DNA from: Candidatus Kuenenia stuttgartensis
GTDB taxonomy: Bacteria > Planctomycetota > JAKEIC01 > DYIT01
NCBI GenBank assembly: GCA_020723505.1
Contig: DYIT01000012.1
Span: forward strand, 372-64,371
Direction: 5' to 3'
DNA: 64,000 nucleotides
Shown here: piece by piece, positions 23,505-32,054 of the stretch
How positions within the stretch are numbered: the stretch's first letter is position 1
Layout: each line of letters opens with the position of its first letter
Made by a program: the position numbers and the translations under genes
The notes under the pieces: model-generated
Database searches by the model: none
The model's input: the letters and a program-made list of their open reading frames with translations, nothing else
What the model was told of the DNA's origin: nothing

Positions 23505-24104
23505 ATGCCGAGACTCGAACGCGCTTTTCTGGTCCTGGTCGTCCCCTTGGCGGTCCTGGCCGCCGCGGGCTGCGGCCCGGGATACAACCTCGTGAGGCAG
23601 CCGGGACCCGAGATAAGGGGAAGGACCTCGGTCGTCATCGAAAGGGTGCTTTTCTCGCCCACTGCCATGGAATACGTGCAGGCCTCCCTGGACAAGAGGG
23701 GGACCGGCGATCCGGAATCCGTCGATGCATGGCTCGCAATCGCAGAAGCCCCGCTGAACAACACGCTCCAGGGCTGGCTGCAACGCGCAGGGTTCCAGTG
23801 CCTCCCCACCGGGACGGCGCCGACTGAACCCCACGTCCGCGCGCAGATTGAAGTCCTCCAGTTCTATTTCGGAAGCCGCGGCGGCAGGGCCCTCAAAGTG
23901 CTCTTCGGCAGCTACGCCCGCGGATCCTATCCGTGGATGAAGGCGAGGATCCTCCTATTCGACGGCCCGAATCCCGAGCCGATAGGCGAGGCATGGGTGC
24001 ATCTCGAGTATCAGGGCGGACACGAGGGCTTCCCGACTCTGTGCACGTGGGTGGCCGAAAGGTTCGGATACTTCGTGAGGGATTACGCCTCGCTGCTGAG
24101 ATGA
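23505..24104 (+). CDS. lipoprotein, unknown function
   Basis: Lipobox LAVLAAAGC. GGAGG SD. Coding G/C3 bias. Confidence 0.6.
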   Translation: MPRLERAFLVLVVPLAVLAAAGCGPGYNLVRQPGPEIRGRTSVVIERVLFSPTAMEYVQASLDKRGTGDPESVDAWLAIAEAPLNNTLQGWLQRAGFQCLPTGTAPTEPHVRAQIEVLQFYFGSRGGRALKVLFGSYARGSYPWMKARILLFDGPNPEPIGEAWVHLEYQGGHEGFPTLCTWVAERFGYFVRDYASLLR

Positions 24105-24252
24105 ACGCCGCCCGGATTATTCACCTGATTTCGTGATTTATCCGCGAGGTGCGGAGTCCGACAGTAGGCCGTATTCCCTGCGGAACGGCGCGTTCCGTCC
24201 CGCAGGGCGCGAGTGAGTTCTGCGCCCGGCGCCGAGCATCGCGGAGGTTGCG

Positions 24253-25890
24253 ATGCGACGTTCTTTCATGAAAGGCGCACGGATGATTGCGTCGAATCCG
24301 CGCATGCGGAGGCTCTGCCTTCTGGTTCCGGCGGTCCTTGCGGTTTTGGCCGTCCCGGTTCCGGAGGCCCGCGCGGGCTCGAAGGATCTGCTGGACAGAA
24401 TCGGCCCCCTGCTGCCGTCGGATGGCGACCTGCCCTCGGGATGGGCGGTTTCCGACGAGTACCCCGGGGATCATCCGAATTACAGGGACATCCGGTACGT
24501 CATGGATCCTGTCGCGGAGCGCAATCCCGGCGGCATCGCGTACAGGATTTCCGGAATCACCGTGAGCGGCTACACGTATCTGCTCTGCTCCGCCTCGTTC
24601 GAAGATGAAGAAGTCCTCCGCCAGGCCGGAATCCTGCTTATGAAGTCGGGGAAGAGCCACTTATTCCGCGCGGGCATGCTCCTCTTCAGCGTCTGGCCCA
24701 GGTACGACATTGTCGGGCTCAGAATCGAGGATGCGGTGTCCTTCAAATATGCAGGCCCTAAGATCGCATCGATTGCAAAGGCCGCCGATGACGGCAAGCG
24801 GGACCTGGTGGTGGACGCCCTGTACTCCCTCGCGGAGGAGCTGCCTGCCTGCCCCAGGATAAGGGTCCGGGCGGCCGATATCTGCCTGCGCCGCCTGAAG
24901 CCTCCGTGCGAGCTCGAGGCCAAGGTCCATCTCGATGAGGCATTGAAGCTCTCGGACAGGATACCCATGCCCGGCGGGGAGATGATTGCGGCATGCGCGG
25001 ATCTCGCGGAAATCCACATGAAGAGGCGCGACCGCCCCAAGGCACACGAGGCGGTCCGGAAAGCCCTGAAATCCGCGGGAGCGGACGACATGGAAAGCGA
25101 GCTGCGCCTGCTCGCGGGATTCGCTAGACTCGACGCCGAGGCCTGCAACGCGGAAGGATGCGTCGAGACCCTGGAGAAGGCGGTCAGGCTCGAAGCCGGG
25201 CTCGGCGGCGACTCGATTCTGGCCTGGGCCAGGAAGGACGCCGCCCTCTCTCCCGCGCGGAGCCACAGGCGCTTCGCGGCGCTCCTCTCGAACCAGGGCG
25301 CTCCGGCCGGATTCGCGGTGCATGCCAATCCAGGCAGGCCGAAGCTCGACCTCGCCCGCCTGCCGGTCTTCATCTGGCCTCCATACGTCTCAATCGGCGT
25401 CCGCAGGGAGGAAACGCTCGAATCCGTTCTCGAGGCTGCCCTGGCAGACATCTGCGACCGGCAGTCCGTGTCGTTCGGCGGCAGGCGCAGCGCCCTGTCC
25501 TCCGCAGGGAAGGACGACTGCTGCAGGTTCCTCTGCCGCCATGCGTGCCGCGCGGTCGTCTGGGACGGGAAGTACGATTCGAGGGAGTTCAGGGGAGACG
25601 GCGCGAGAGCGGCGGATTATGCCGTGGCCGTCGCCGAAGCCGCCAAGTCCTCGGGGGCCGGCCGGCTCGTCCCGGACGCATGCCTTGCGGTCGCGGTCGA
25701 AGGCGGGGGAAAGCACGGCGACGGAGTGCTCTGGGTGCGCGCCGTGCTCTTCGATTCCTGCGCGGGCAGAGTCGATGTGCTGCTCGCCGCCAGGAAGGAG
25801 ATCCCCTCGGCAGGCCTGGGCAAGTACGTGGCGTCGCTGCCTGCCGAAGTCCTGAAGCTCATGGAAGGCGCCATGCGCAAAGCCGGGTAG
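24253..25890 (+). CDS. secreted hypothetical protein (helical-repeat middle region)
   Basis: Signal-like RRLCLLVPAVLAVLAVPVPEARA. Consistent G/C3 bias. No catalytic motif recognised. Confidence 0.55.
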   Translation: MRRSFMKGARMIASNPRMRRLCLLVPAVLAVLAVPVPEARAGSKDLLDRIGPLLPSDGDLPSGWAVSDEYPGDHPNYRDIRYVMDPVAERNPGGIAYRISGITVSGYTYLLCSASFEDEEVLRQAGILLMKSGKSHLFRAGMLLFSVWPRYDIVGLRIEDAVSFKYAGPKIASIAKAADDGKRDLVVDALYSLAEELPACPRIRVRAADICLRRLKPPCELEAKVHLDEALKLSDRIPMPGGEMIAACADLAEIHMKRRDRPKAHEAVRKALKSAGADDMESELRLLAGFARLDAEACNAEGCVETLEKAVRLEAGLGGDSILAWARKDAALSPARSHRRFAALLSNQGAPAGFAVHANPGRPKLDLARLPVFIWPPYVSIGVRREETLESVLEAALADICDRQSVSFGGRRSALSSAGKDDCCRFLCRHACRAVVWDGKYDSREFRGDGARAADYAVAVAEAAKSSGAGRLVPDACLAVAVEGGGKHGDGVLWVRAVLFDSCAGRVDVLLAARKEIPSAGLGKYVASLPAEVLKLMEGAMRKAG

Positions 25891-25974
25891 GAAAGTCAGC
25901 GAAGCCTCTGCCTTCACGGCTGTTCGAAGTGAAATCCGCGGCGGTCTGGAAACAGCTGCCTGCGAAGCAGGAAA

Positions 25975-27945
25975 CTAATGCCCCTGCTTAATCTCGTACG
26001 TGGTCACGCTGTCCACGTAGTCGAGCCACTCCTTCTCCAGGGCGGCGAAGTCCTCGATTCCGAAGCACTGTTTGAACGTCGCTGCGCCGCGGTACGTCAC
26101 CTTCCTCTCCATCTCCTTGCGGAAATACTCGTTCATCTTCGGCGCGTATTCGGGCTTGGCCTTGTAGCAGAAGAAGAAGAAGGAGGGCGCCTGGCCGTAA
26201 ATCAGGCCGCCGATGAGGAAGTGGGCCATTCCGGCCCTGTCGGGAGGCATGTCCTTGGGGTCGGTCCCGCCGGCTTCAATCCATTTCTTGGTGACCAGGG
26301 CCGTCGTCTGCCACATGAACACGCACTGGACCATCTGCTCCAGGTTCAGGGAGAACGGCTTCTTGATTCCCAGCGCCCGTGTGGCCTCGAACTTCTCCGG
26401 GAACCTGGCCATGTAGAAGCTCCTCAGCCTGCCGGTGCTCATCTTGTACGCGGGAGTGAACACATATGATCCGTCGGCGTTCTGCGTCTCGCGAATCTGG
26501 CCCACGTATTCCGCGCACCCCTCGTTGAACCAGTGGGACAGCAGGGCCTCGGACCCGGACTTGTGCTCGCTGAAATAATGGAGAATCTGGTGCGTGGCCT
26601 CGTGGAAGAGCGTCGAATCGTCCTCCTCCTTGGAGAACACGTTGCTCCCCTTGCCGTTGTTCATGACCACGAATCCGGACTGGATGTGGAAATAGGCGGC
26701 GGCGTTCGGGGGCAGATCCATGCCGGCGTCCTTGTTGTACGTCTCGAACGCCTCCCTGTCCTCGAGGCTCACCACGACAAGAGGCGTTTCCTTCGGAGGC
26801 GAGAAGTTCAGGGGCTCCATGAATGTCCTGTTCATGAAGTCGTACACGGCCTTGAGGGCAATCATCTTGTCGGCCTGGAGCTTCGCCGCCTCGTCCGACC
26901 TGTACGGGTTCTTGCCCTTCTCGCCGATGTGCTCGAACACGATGTACGGGTATTTCGGGTCCCTCTCGCTTATCGAAAAAAGGAGCCTGTCGAAACCCTT
27001 CATTGTCCCTATCTTCTTCCGGATTTCGACGGACTTCGCGTAGAACGGATCGCTCTTCCTCTTCTCAATCTCGTCCCGGGCGGCTTTCAGGGCCGGCCCC
27101 TCCTTCGCCCGTGCGGCCTTCAACTCCTCAGGCGAAAGCCACGTCCCGCTCTGCTTGACGAGGTCTCCCAGAAGGCCGGGCTCGTCCCTGATTTCCGGGT
27201 CGAGTTCCGGGAGCGAGTACTGCTCGTACCCCAGCTTCCTGAAGATCTTCTCGGGCTCGGCGTCCTCGTCCTTCGCTATCTCGAGCGCCTTCTGCCAGTG
27301 CTTTTTCGCCTCGGACGGAAGCTTGAGCTCCTCCGCGAGGCATCCGGCCCTGAACCACTGCTCCCACGTCTCGGCTTCGGCAACGACGCGCTCGTAGCGC
27401 TCCCGCTTCTCGTCCTCTTTGTCCTTGGCCGTGCTTTTGCGGGCCTCCTCGCGGCCGGCTGTCTTCCCATCCCCCTTCCCGGTCTCCCCGGACTTGCCGC
27501 CGATGAGGAGCAGGGCGACCACCACGATTATCGCGGCCACCGCCCCGCCGCCCGCTGCAATTAGGAGCACCGGCGACTTGCCCGCCTTGCCGCGGGCTCT
27601 TCCGTCCCCTCCCTTCCGGGTCCGGCCGCGGCTCCTCCCCCGCTCGCGGCCGGCGGTCTCCTGCTCCCCGGCGTCATCCTCTTCTTCTTCGTCCTCCCGG
27701 GGCCGGCCGCCAGCCTTCGGGCCTTTCGCCGGTTCCGCAGGGGACTTCGCCGCCCTCTTCCCGGGCCCCGCAGGCCTCTCTTCCTCCTCCGCTGCCGGAA
27801 GGGCGGGAACTTCCCCGCTCCCCTCCTGCACGGGCACGCCGAACACGGCCTTGCACGAGGAGCACCTGACCTTCTTTCCCGCGAGTTCGGCGGGAACGCC
27901 CAGCACGGTCCCGCATTCGGGACAAGGCACGTTTATCCTGTCCAC
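25975..27945 (-). CDS. zinc-ribbon / TM / DUF1570-like HExxH metallopeptidase-like protein
   Basis: N-terminal CPECG..x..CSSCK zinc ribbon, charged low-complexity linker, TM LLIAAGGGAVAAIIVVVALLLIGG, C-terminal domain with TLFHEATHQILHYF. Confidence 0.7.
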   Translation of the reverse strand: MDRINVPCPECGTVLGVPAELAGKKVRCSSCKAVFGVPVQEGSGEVPALPAAEEEERPAGPGKRAAKSPAEPAKGPKAGGRPREDEEEEDDAGEQETAGRERGRSRGRTRKGGDGRARGKAGKSPVLLIAAGGGAVAAIIVVVALLLIGGKSGETGKGDGKTAGREEARKSTAKDKEDEKRERYERVVAEAETWEQWFRAGCLAEELKLPSEAKKHWQKALEIAKDEDAEPEKIFRKLGYEQYSLPELDPEIRDEPGLLGDLVKQSGTWLSPEELKAARAKEGPALKAARDEIEKRKSDPFYAKSVEIRKKIGTMKGFDRLLFSISERDPKYPYIVFEHIGEKGKNPYRSDEAAKLQADKMIALKAVYDFMNRTFMEPLNFSPPKETPLVVVSLEDREAFETYNKDAGMDLPPNAAAYFHIQSGFVVMNNGKGSNVFSKEEDDSTLFHEATHQILHYFSEHKSGSEALLSHWFNEGCAEYVGQIRETQNADGSYVFTPAYKMSTGRLRSFYMARFPEKFEATRALGIKKPFSLNLEQMVQCVFMWQTTALVTKKWIEAGGTDPKDMPPDRAGMAHFLIGGLIYGQAPSFFFFCYKAKPEYAPKMNEYFRKEMERKVTYRGAATFKQCFGIEDFAALEKEWLDYVDSVTTYEIKQGH

Positions 27946-28060
27946 CGCTACTCCGAAAAAAGTGAATCCGGATTGGACAAATCAATATTCGAAATGCGCC
28001 TGATATGCAATATCCTGGATTCGCACGCCTGCCATGAAGAGCCGCGATTGGCAGTGCCGG

Positions 28061-29374
28061 CTATTCCGTCAGGTCGAAGAACGTCACGGTGTAGGAGTAG
28101 TCAATCCTCGCGAGGCCGGTTTTGTCCCACACGCCGTGGATCGTGACGGAGTATGTCTCGTCCTTGGTCGATTCGCCGGGATTGAAGCTTATCGTCGGCG
28201 TGATGCCGTAGCCCGCGGTCTTTATCTGGGTCGTCACCGTGATGCTCTGGAGGTCCGACTGCCTCACCACGGTCGCGAAGGTGTTCGTGTCCAGGTCGTA
28301 TTTCGCCGAGTTGGCCGAGAAGCTCCAGAGAGCCGAGGGACCCGTGAAGCACTGCACGGGATAGAATCCCGGGGACGGATACGCCACGAAATCGAAATCA
28401 GGAGTCGGAGCAGTGAAGCCGGGGCGCTCGAGGACGTACATGTTCGACGCCCAGACGCCCGATCCCCACACCGTGCCGAACGCGGTCTTCGTGAACCTCG
28501 GATAGAGAATCCACCTGCGGTGGCCCAGCGTGGTGTCGTTGCCGTAGTCGTCCATGTATCCGTCCACGGTCTGGACGGGCGTGTACGCCGTCCCCCATCC
28601 CCAGAAGACGTTGGACGACGCGCAGGACAGCCATCCGCCCGTGTTCGCCCCGGTGTTCCTGGGGCCACCGTAGATGTCGGATTCGTACCAGACCGACGCG
28701 CCCGTCGGCAGCGGCGGATCGTGCGGGCTCGGGACCGGATCGTTCAAAATGTCGAGCATGACGAGCACGTGCGCGCCCTTCTGCGTGCGAACCCTGAACA
28801 CCGGGTCCTCGGCCACGTCGTCGGGCAGGCCTGCGAGCCAGCGGTAGAAGTTCACCCAGGCTATGCCCTCGTCGATTAGTTGCTGCGAAAGCTGCCCCTC
28901 ATAGCCGTCGTTTCCGACGCTCAGCACGGGCGCGCTTCCGTACGCAGGGGAAGCGAGCGAGGGCTTGATGTTGTTCCAGTATGCCTTAATCTGCTCCTTG
29001 GTCCGGTATTGCGTGGTGACCACGGTCACGACCACGCTGTCCGAGTCGGTATCGCCATTCTTGTCCGCCGCCGTGAAGACGACCGTGTAGGCGCCTTCGA
29101 CACCGAAGATCACGTCGCCCGGGTCCTCAGCCGTCGAATCCGGCGCAGCCCCGCCGAAGTTCCAGCTGAACGAGTACGGATCCTCGCCGCCCCAGACCGA
29201 TCCCTCGAACCTAAGCGCCTCGCCGACGAACAGGAGGATGTCGCTTTCAGGCTTCTTGATGTCCGCAGTGAGGCTCCTTTCGCATCCCGCGGCTGCGATG
29301 CCTGACAGGAGAGCGAGGGCGGCCGTGATGAGAAACCTGGATTTGCTTCTGCGCGTCATATGCTTCATCCGCAA
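28061..29374 (-). CDS. lipoprotein with PKD-like and CAP/SCP domains
   Basis: Lipobox LSGIAAAGC. PKD-like YSFSWNFGG..YTVVFTAADKNGDTDSDSVVVTV. CAP-like GHRRWILYP. Confidence 0.7.
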   Translation of the reverse strand: MRMKHMTRRSKSRFLITAALALLSGIAAAGCERSLTADIKKPESDILLFVGEALRFEGSVWGGEDPYSFSWNFGGAAPDSTAEDPGDVIFGVEGAYTVVFTAADKNGDTDSDSVVVTVVTTQYRTKEQIKAYWNNIKPSLASPAYGSAPVLSVGNDGYEGQLSQQLIDEGIAWVNFYRWLAGLPDDVAEDPVFRVRTQKGAHVLVMLDILNDPVPSPHDPPLPTGASVWYESDIYGGPRNTGANTGGWLSCASSNVFWGWGTAYTPVQTVDGYMDDYGNDTTLGHRRWILYPRFTKTAFGTVWGSGVWASNMYVLERPGFTAPTPDFDFVAYPSPGFYPVQCFTGPSALWSFSANSAKYDLDTNTFATVVRQSDLQSITVTTQIKTAGYGITPTISFNPGESTKDETYSVTIHGVWDKTGLARIDYSYTVTFFDLTE

Positions 29375-29432
29375 ACAGGGGGATTGCAGTAATTATACAC
29401 AAAAACCCCGGAAATTGCTCGGTAGCCCCCCC

Positions 29433-29864
29433 TCACTCCCCGGCATCCCCCGGCCGGGCGCGAAAACCCTTCCTAATCCCCCTCTTCTTCTTGAACTCTA
29501 TTCTCCTGGCTTTCGAGGCTTTCGTGGGCTTCGTGGCGGTCCTCTTCCTGGCCGGGGTCAGCGCGACTTCGAGGATTTTCCGGAGCTTCCGAACCGCGTC
29601 CTCGATGTTCGCCTGGCGCGACCTCGTCTTCTCGGAAACCACTGCTATTTCGCCCGTTTCCCGCGCGCGCCCGCCCGCCCTGCCAAGCACCATCTCCTTC
29701 TGCGCGCCGGTCAGGGACGCGGATTTCGCCGCGTCGAACCTGAGCAGGACCTTGGTGCTGAGCTTGTTCACGTTCTGCCCGCCAGGGCCGGATGACCGGG
29801 AAAACGTGAACACGAGCTCGGAAGCCTTTATTCGAATCCCGTTCCTCAGTACTAAATCCCGCAC
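29433..29864 (-). CDS. arfB: alternative ribosome-rescue factor ArfB (peptidyl-tRNA hydrolase, GGQ)
   Basis: FSRSSGPGGQNVNKLSTKV plus a basic C-terminal tail. GTG start. Confidence 0.85.
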   Translation of the reverse strand: MRDLVLRNGIRIKASELVFTFSRSSGPGGQNVNKLSTKVLLRFDAAKSASLTGAQKEMVLGRAGGRARETGEIAVVSEKTRSRQANIEDAVRKLRKILEVALTPARKRTATKPTKASKARRIEFKKKRGIRKGFRARPGDAGE

Positions 29865-29872
29865 CCTAGCCG

Positions 29873-30926
29873 CCTCAAGGGGGTCAGACCTTGATTATTG
29901 ACTTAATTTCTTCAATCTGAATCTGCAGATCTTTATTCAGGCAGAGTTCTTCTTTCATGTAGCGTACTCTTCTGCTCACGGCTGAAAACGTCAGATTAAA
30001 GATCCTTCCGATTTCTTGATTTGTCATTTTCCCCGATTGCCATAGTAGATAAAGGATAAAATCCCGGTTGAATCTATCCTTACGTTTTATCCTCGGGCCT
30101 TTTATCAACTCATCAAAGTTGCATCCGAGAAATCCCGAAGCTGCCTTTATAACGACGTGCGGATCCATCCTGCGCAGAGTAGAATCCAATATTGGCAGAT
30201 TGGTAGTTTTCCCGCTACTTGAAAGCTCCTTTTTCATCTTTAACGTAAACTCGTCGGTCCCAAGGATGATCCCGCATTTGAGTTCATCCCGCAAGCTTTC
30301 TTCCTCAATGGCAAAGGCTTCAATAGCACGGAGGTAAGCATTCGCAGGGTTCGGAGATGGAAACTGTGAGAGCAGCAATTCTGTGTTAAGCCAATCCGGC
30401 TTCCTTTCCTTCGCGTTCGTGTAAAACCGACAAGAACTCCATATGTAATCCCGAAGGCGATCAACAAGCCTCGCACGCACTGGATTCCGATGAATGTAAT
30501 AGGATAGTCTCAGCAGATAGCTCTCATTCTGGACGAGAATGCTCTTAAACCGCCCCTGGAATAGGTGCCCGATACGTTGGTGATTCAGGTTGTATCGAGT
30601 CGTGTATGTCGTTCCTAGCCAATGCATGCCTTTTGAAAGCCGGGCTCCGTTGGATTGAAGTAGCAGGTGATAGTGATTTCTCATCAGAACGTAAGCTATA
30701 ATCTTCAACATGAATCGATTTGATGTTTCTGCAATAACTTTCAAGAAGGCGTTCCTATCCCCGTCAGTGAGGAATATATCCCGGCGTTCGTTGCCGCGCG
30801 CCATGACGTGATGAAAGGCACCTATGTAATCGACTCGCAGTTGTCTGGCCATGGCAAGATTATAGTATCCAGAAATTTTTCATGTATCTATAAATAAGTC
30901 AATAATCAAGGTTTGACCCCCTTGGC
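29873..30926 (-). mobile_element. AT-rich single-gene cassette bounded by roughly 29-33-bp imperfect inverted repeats
   Basis: Left end ..CAAGGGGGTCAGACCTTGATTATTGACTTA (29876-29905). Right end TAAGTCAATAATCAAGGTTTGACCCCCTTG.. (30894-30923), one mismatch. Interior GC visibly about 37-45% against about 65% in the flanks. Confidence 0.6.
29884..30852 (-). CDS. Y1 (HUH) transposase, IS200-like/RAYT-like, with C-terminal HTH (DnaA-C-like)
   Basis: GAFHHVMARGNERRDIF..YVLMRNHYHLLLQS..GHLFQGRFKSILV..YIHRNPVRA. C-terminal MTNQEIGRIFNLTFSAVSRRVRY helix-turn-helix. Confidence 0.8.
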   Translation of the reverse strand: MARQLRVDYIGAFHHVMARGNERRDIFLTDGDRNAFLKVIAETSNRFMLKIIAYVLMRNHYHLLLQSNGARLSKGMHWLGTTYTTRYNLNHQRIGHLFQGRFKSILVQNESYLLRLSYYIHRNPVRARLVDRLRDYIWSSCRFYTNAKERKPDWLNTELLLSQFPSPNPANAYLRAIEAFAIEEESLRDELKCGIILGTDEFTLKMKKELSSSGKTTNLPILDSTLRRMDPHVVIKAASGFLGCNFDELIKGPRIKRKDRFNRDFILYLLWQSGKMTNQEIGRIFNLTFSAVSRRVRYMKEELCLNKDLQIQIEEIKSIIKV

Positions 30927-31536
30927 GACGCGATTCTATCTAGTGCGGCACGGAAACACGAAGTCGAACACCGAGGACCGGTTCAGGGGGCGGCTGGACG
31001 TTCCGCTCGATGAAACCGGACGGGAGCAGGCCCGTCTCGCAGGATTGGCACTGAAAGGCTCCGGAATAGGAATAGTCTATACGTCCCCGCTCTCCAGAGC
31101 CGCGGAGACCGGGGCCATAGTCGCGGCGGCCTCCGGCGTCGGGACTTCCATTCACGGATCGCTCATCGACTTCGACTTCGGCGAATGGTCCGGGAAACTG
31201 AGGTCCGAGGTCAAGGTCATGTGGCCTGAGCTCTACGAGATCTACGAGAAGAGGCCGGCGGATTTCGCCACGCCCGGGGGCGAGTCATTGAGGGACGTGG
31301 AATCGAGGATTTCAAATGGGCTCGAGGATTTGGTTTCGGCGCATCCGTCCGGAACTATTGCGCTCGTCTCCCATGCGGTCACGTGCAGGATTCTGATTCT
31401 CCACCTCCTTGGCCTCACTCCGGAGAAGTACTGGAACGTGAGCGTGGACAACTGCTCGATAAGCGTCTTTTCTCGCGGGAAACGCGGGTGGGTGCTGGAA
31501 TCCCTTAACGCGACGGGCCATCTCGCGCGGGCATGA
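30913..31536 (+). CDS. histidine phosphatase family protein (phosphoglycerate-mutase-like)
   Basis: RFYLVRHGNTKSN..YTSPLSRA..VSHAVTCR. Both candidate TTG starts (30913, 30922) lie inside the right inverted repeat of the neighbouring cassette. Confidence 0.8.
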   Translation: MTPLATRFYLVRHGNTKSNTEDRFRGRLDVPLDETGREQARLAGLALKGSGIGIVYTSPLSRAAETGAIVAAASGVGTSIHGSLIDFDFGEWSGKLRSEVKVMWPELYEIYEKRPADFATPGGESLRDVESRISNGLEDLVSAHPSGTIALVSHAVTCRILILHLLGLTPEKYWNVSVDNCSISVFSRGKRGWVLESLNATGHLARA

Positions 31537-31561
31537 TGCGCGGCGCTGGCGGAACATGGCC

Positions 31562-31921
31562 TTATAAGTATTTCTCGAACCCCGGTTTGTCGCGCAGCGT
31601 GAACATCTTTATGTAGGGCAGGTTGTCGAAGTTCTCGTCGTGCCCGCCGTTCAGCCTCTTCGCGAGGTCCTCAAGGCCCTTGAACGCCGTGACCTTCCTG
31701 ATTTTCTTGAGGTGCTCGGCGTCGGACCTGGTGAGCCCGAGCTTCTCGATGAGCACCTTCGTCACCACGGCCTCGAAAATGAAAGACTTCCCGCCGTCCG
31801 TGGGCGCGGCCGTGTACTGGAACGCAAGGTCCTCCCCCTTCGGGTATGCCTCGCCCATTGTGATTTTATATGTCCTGCCCGTCTGGGCGATGAATGCCTC
31901 TTCAAGCGTGACGTCGGCCAT
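31562..31921 (-). CDS. hypothetical protein (119 aa)
   Basis: Start moved to MADVTLEE (AGGAGG SD, 6-nt spacer). Coding G/C3 bias. No motif recognised. Confidence 0.5.
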   Translation of the reverse strand: MADVTLEEAFIAQTGRTYKITMGEAYPKGEDLAFQYTAAPTDGGKSFIFEAVVTKVLIEKLGLTRSDAEHLKKIRKVTAFKGLEDLAKRLNGGHDENFDNLPYIKMFTLRDKPGFEKYL

Positions 31922-32054
31922 CGGATGCCTCCTTATTCTCCCTTGCGGGCTTTGGGAACCGATTCTAGCACGTCGCGCGGCCATGGCAAGCCCGATTCGC
32001 CGGGAAAACGTTCCGGGCGTGCCGGCCGCCGGTTTCCCCCGGCCCTAGACCGCG

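Noticed and set aside
23200-23834. ORFs 23200..23400 (-), 23313..23834 (-) and 23453..23827 (+) in the spacer and lipoprotein region.
   Set aside because: They overlap the family-A hairpin or the better-supported lipoprotein gene (lipobox plus GGAGG SD). Their composition is off-frame-like.
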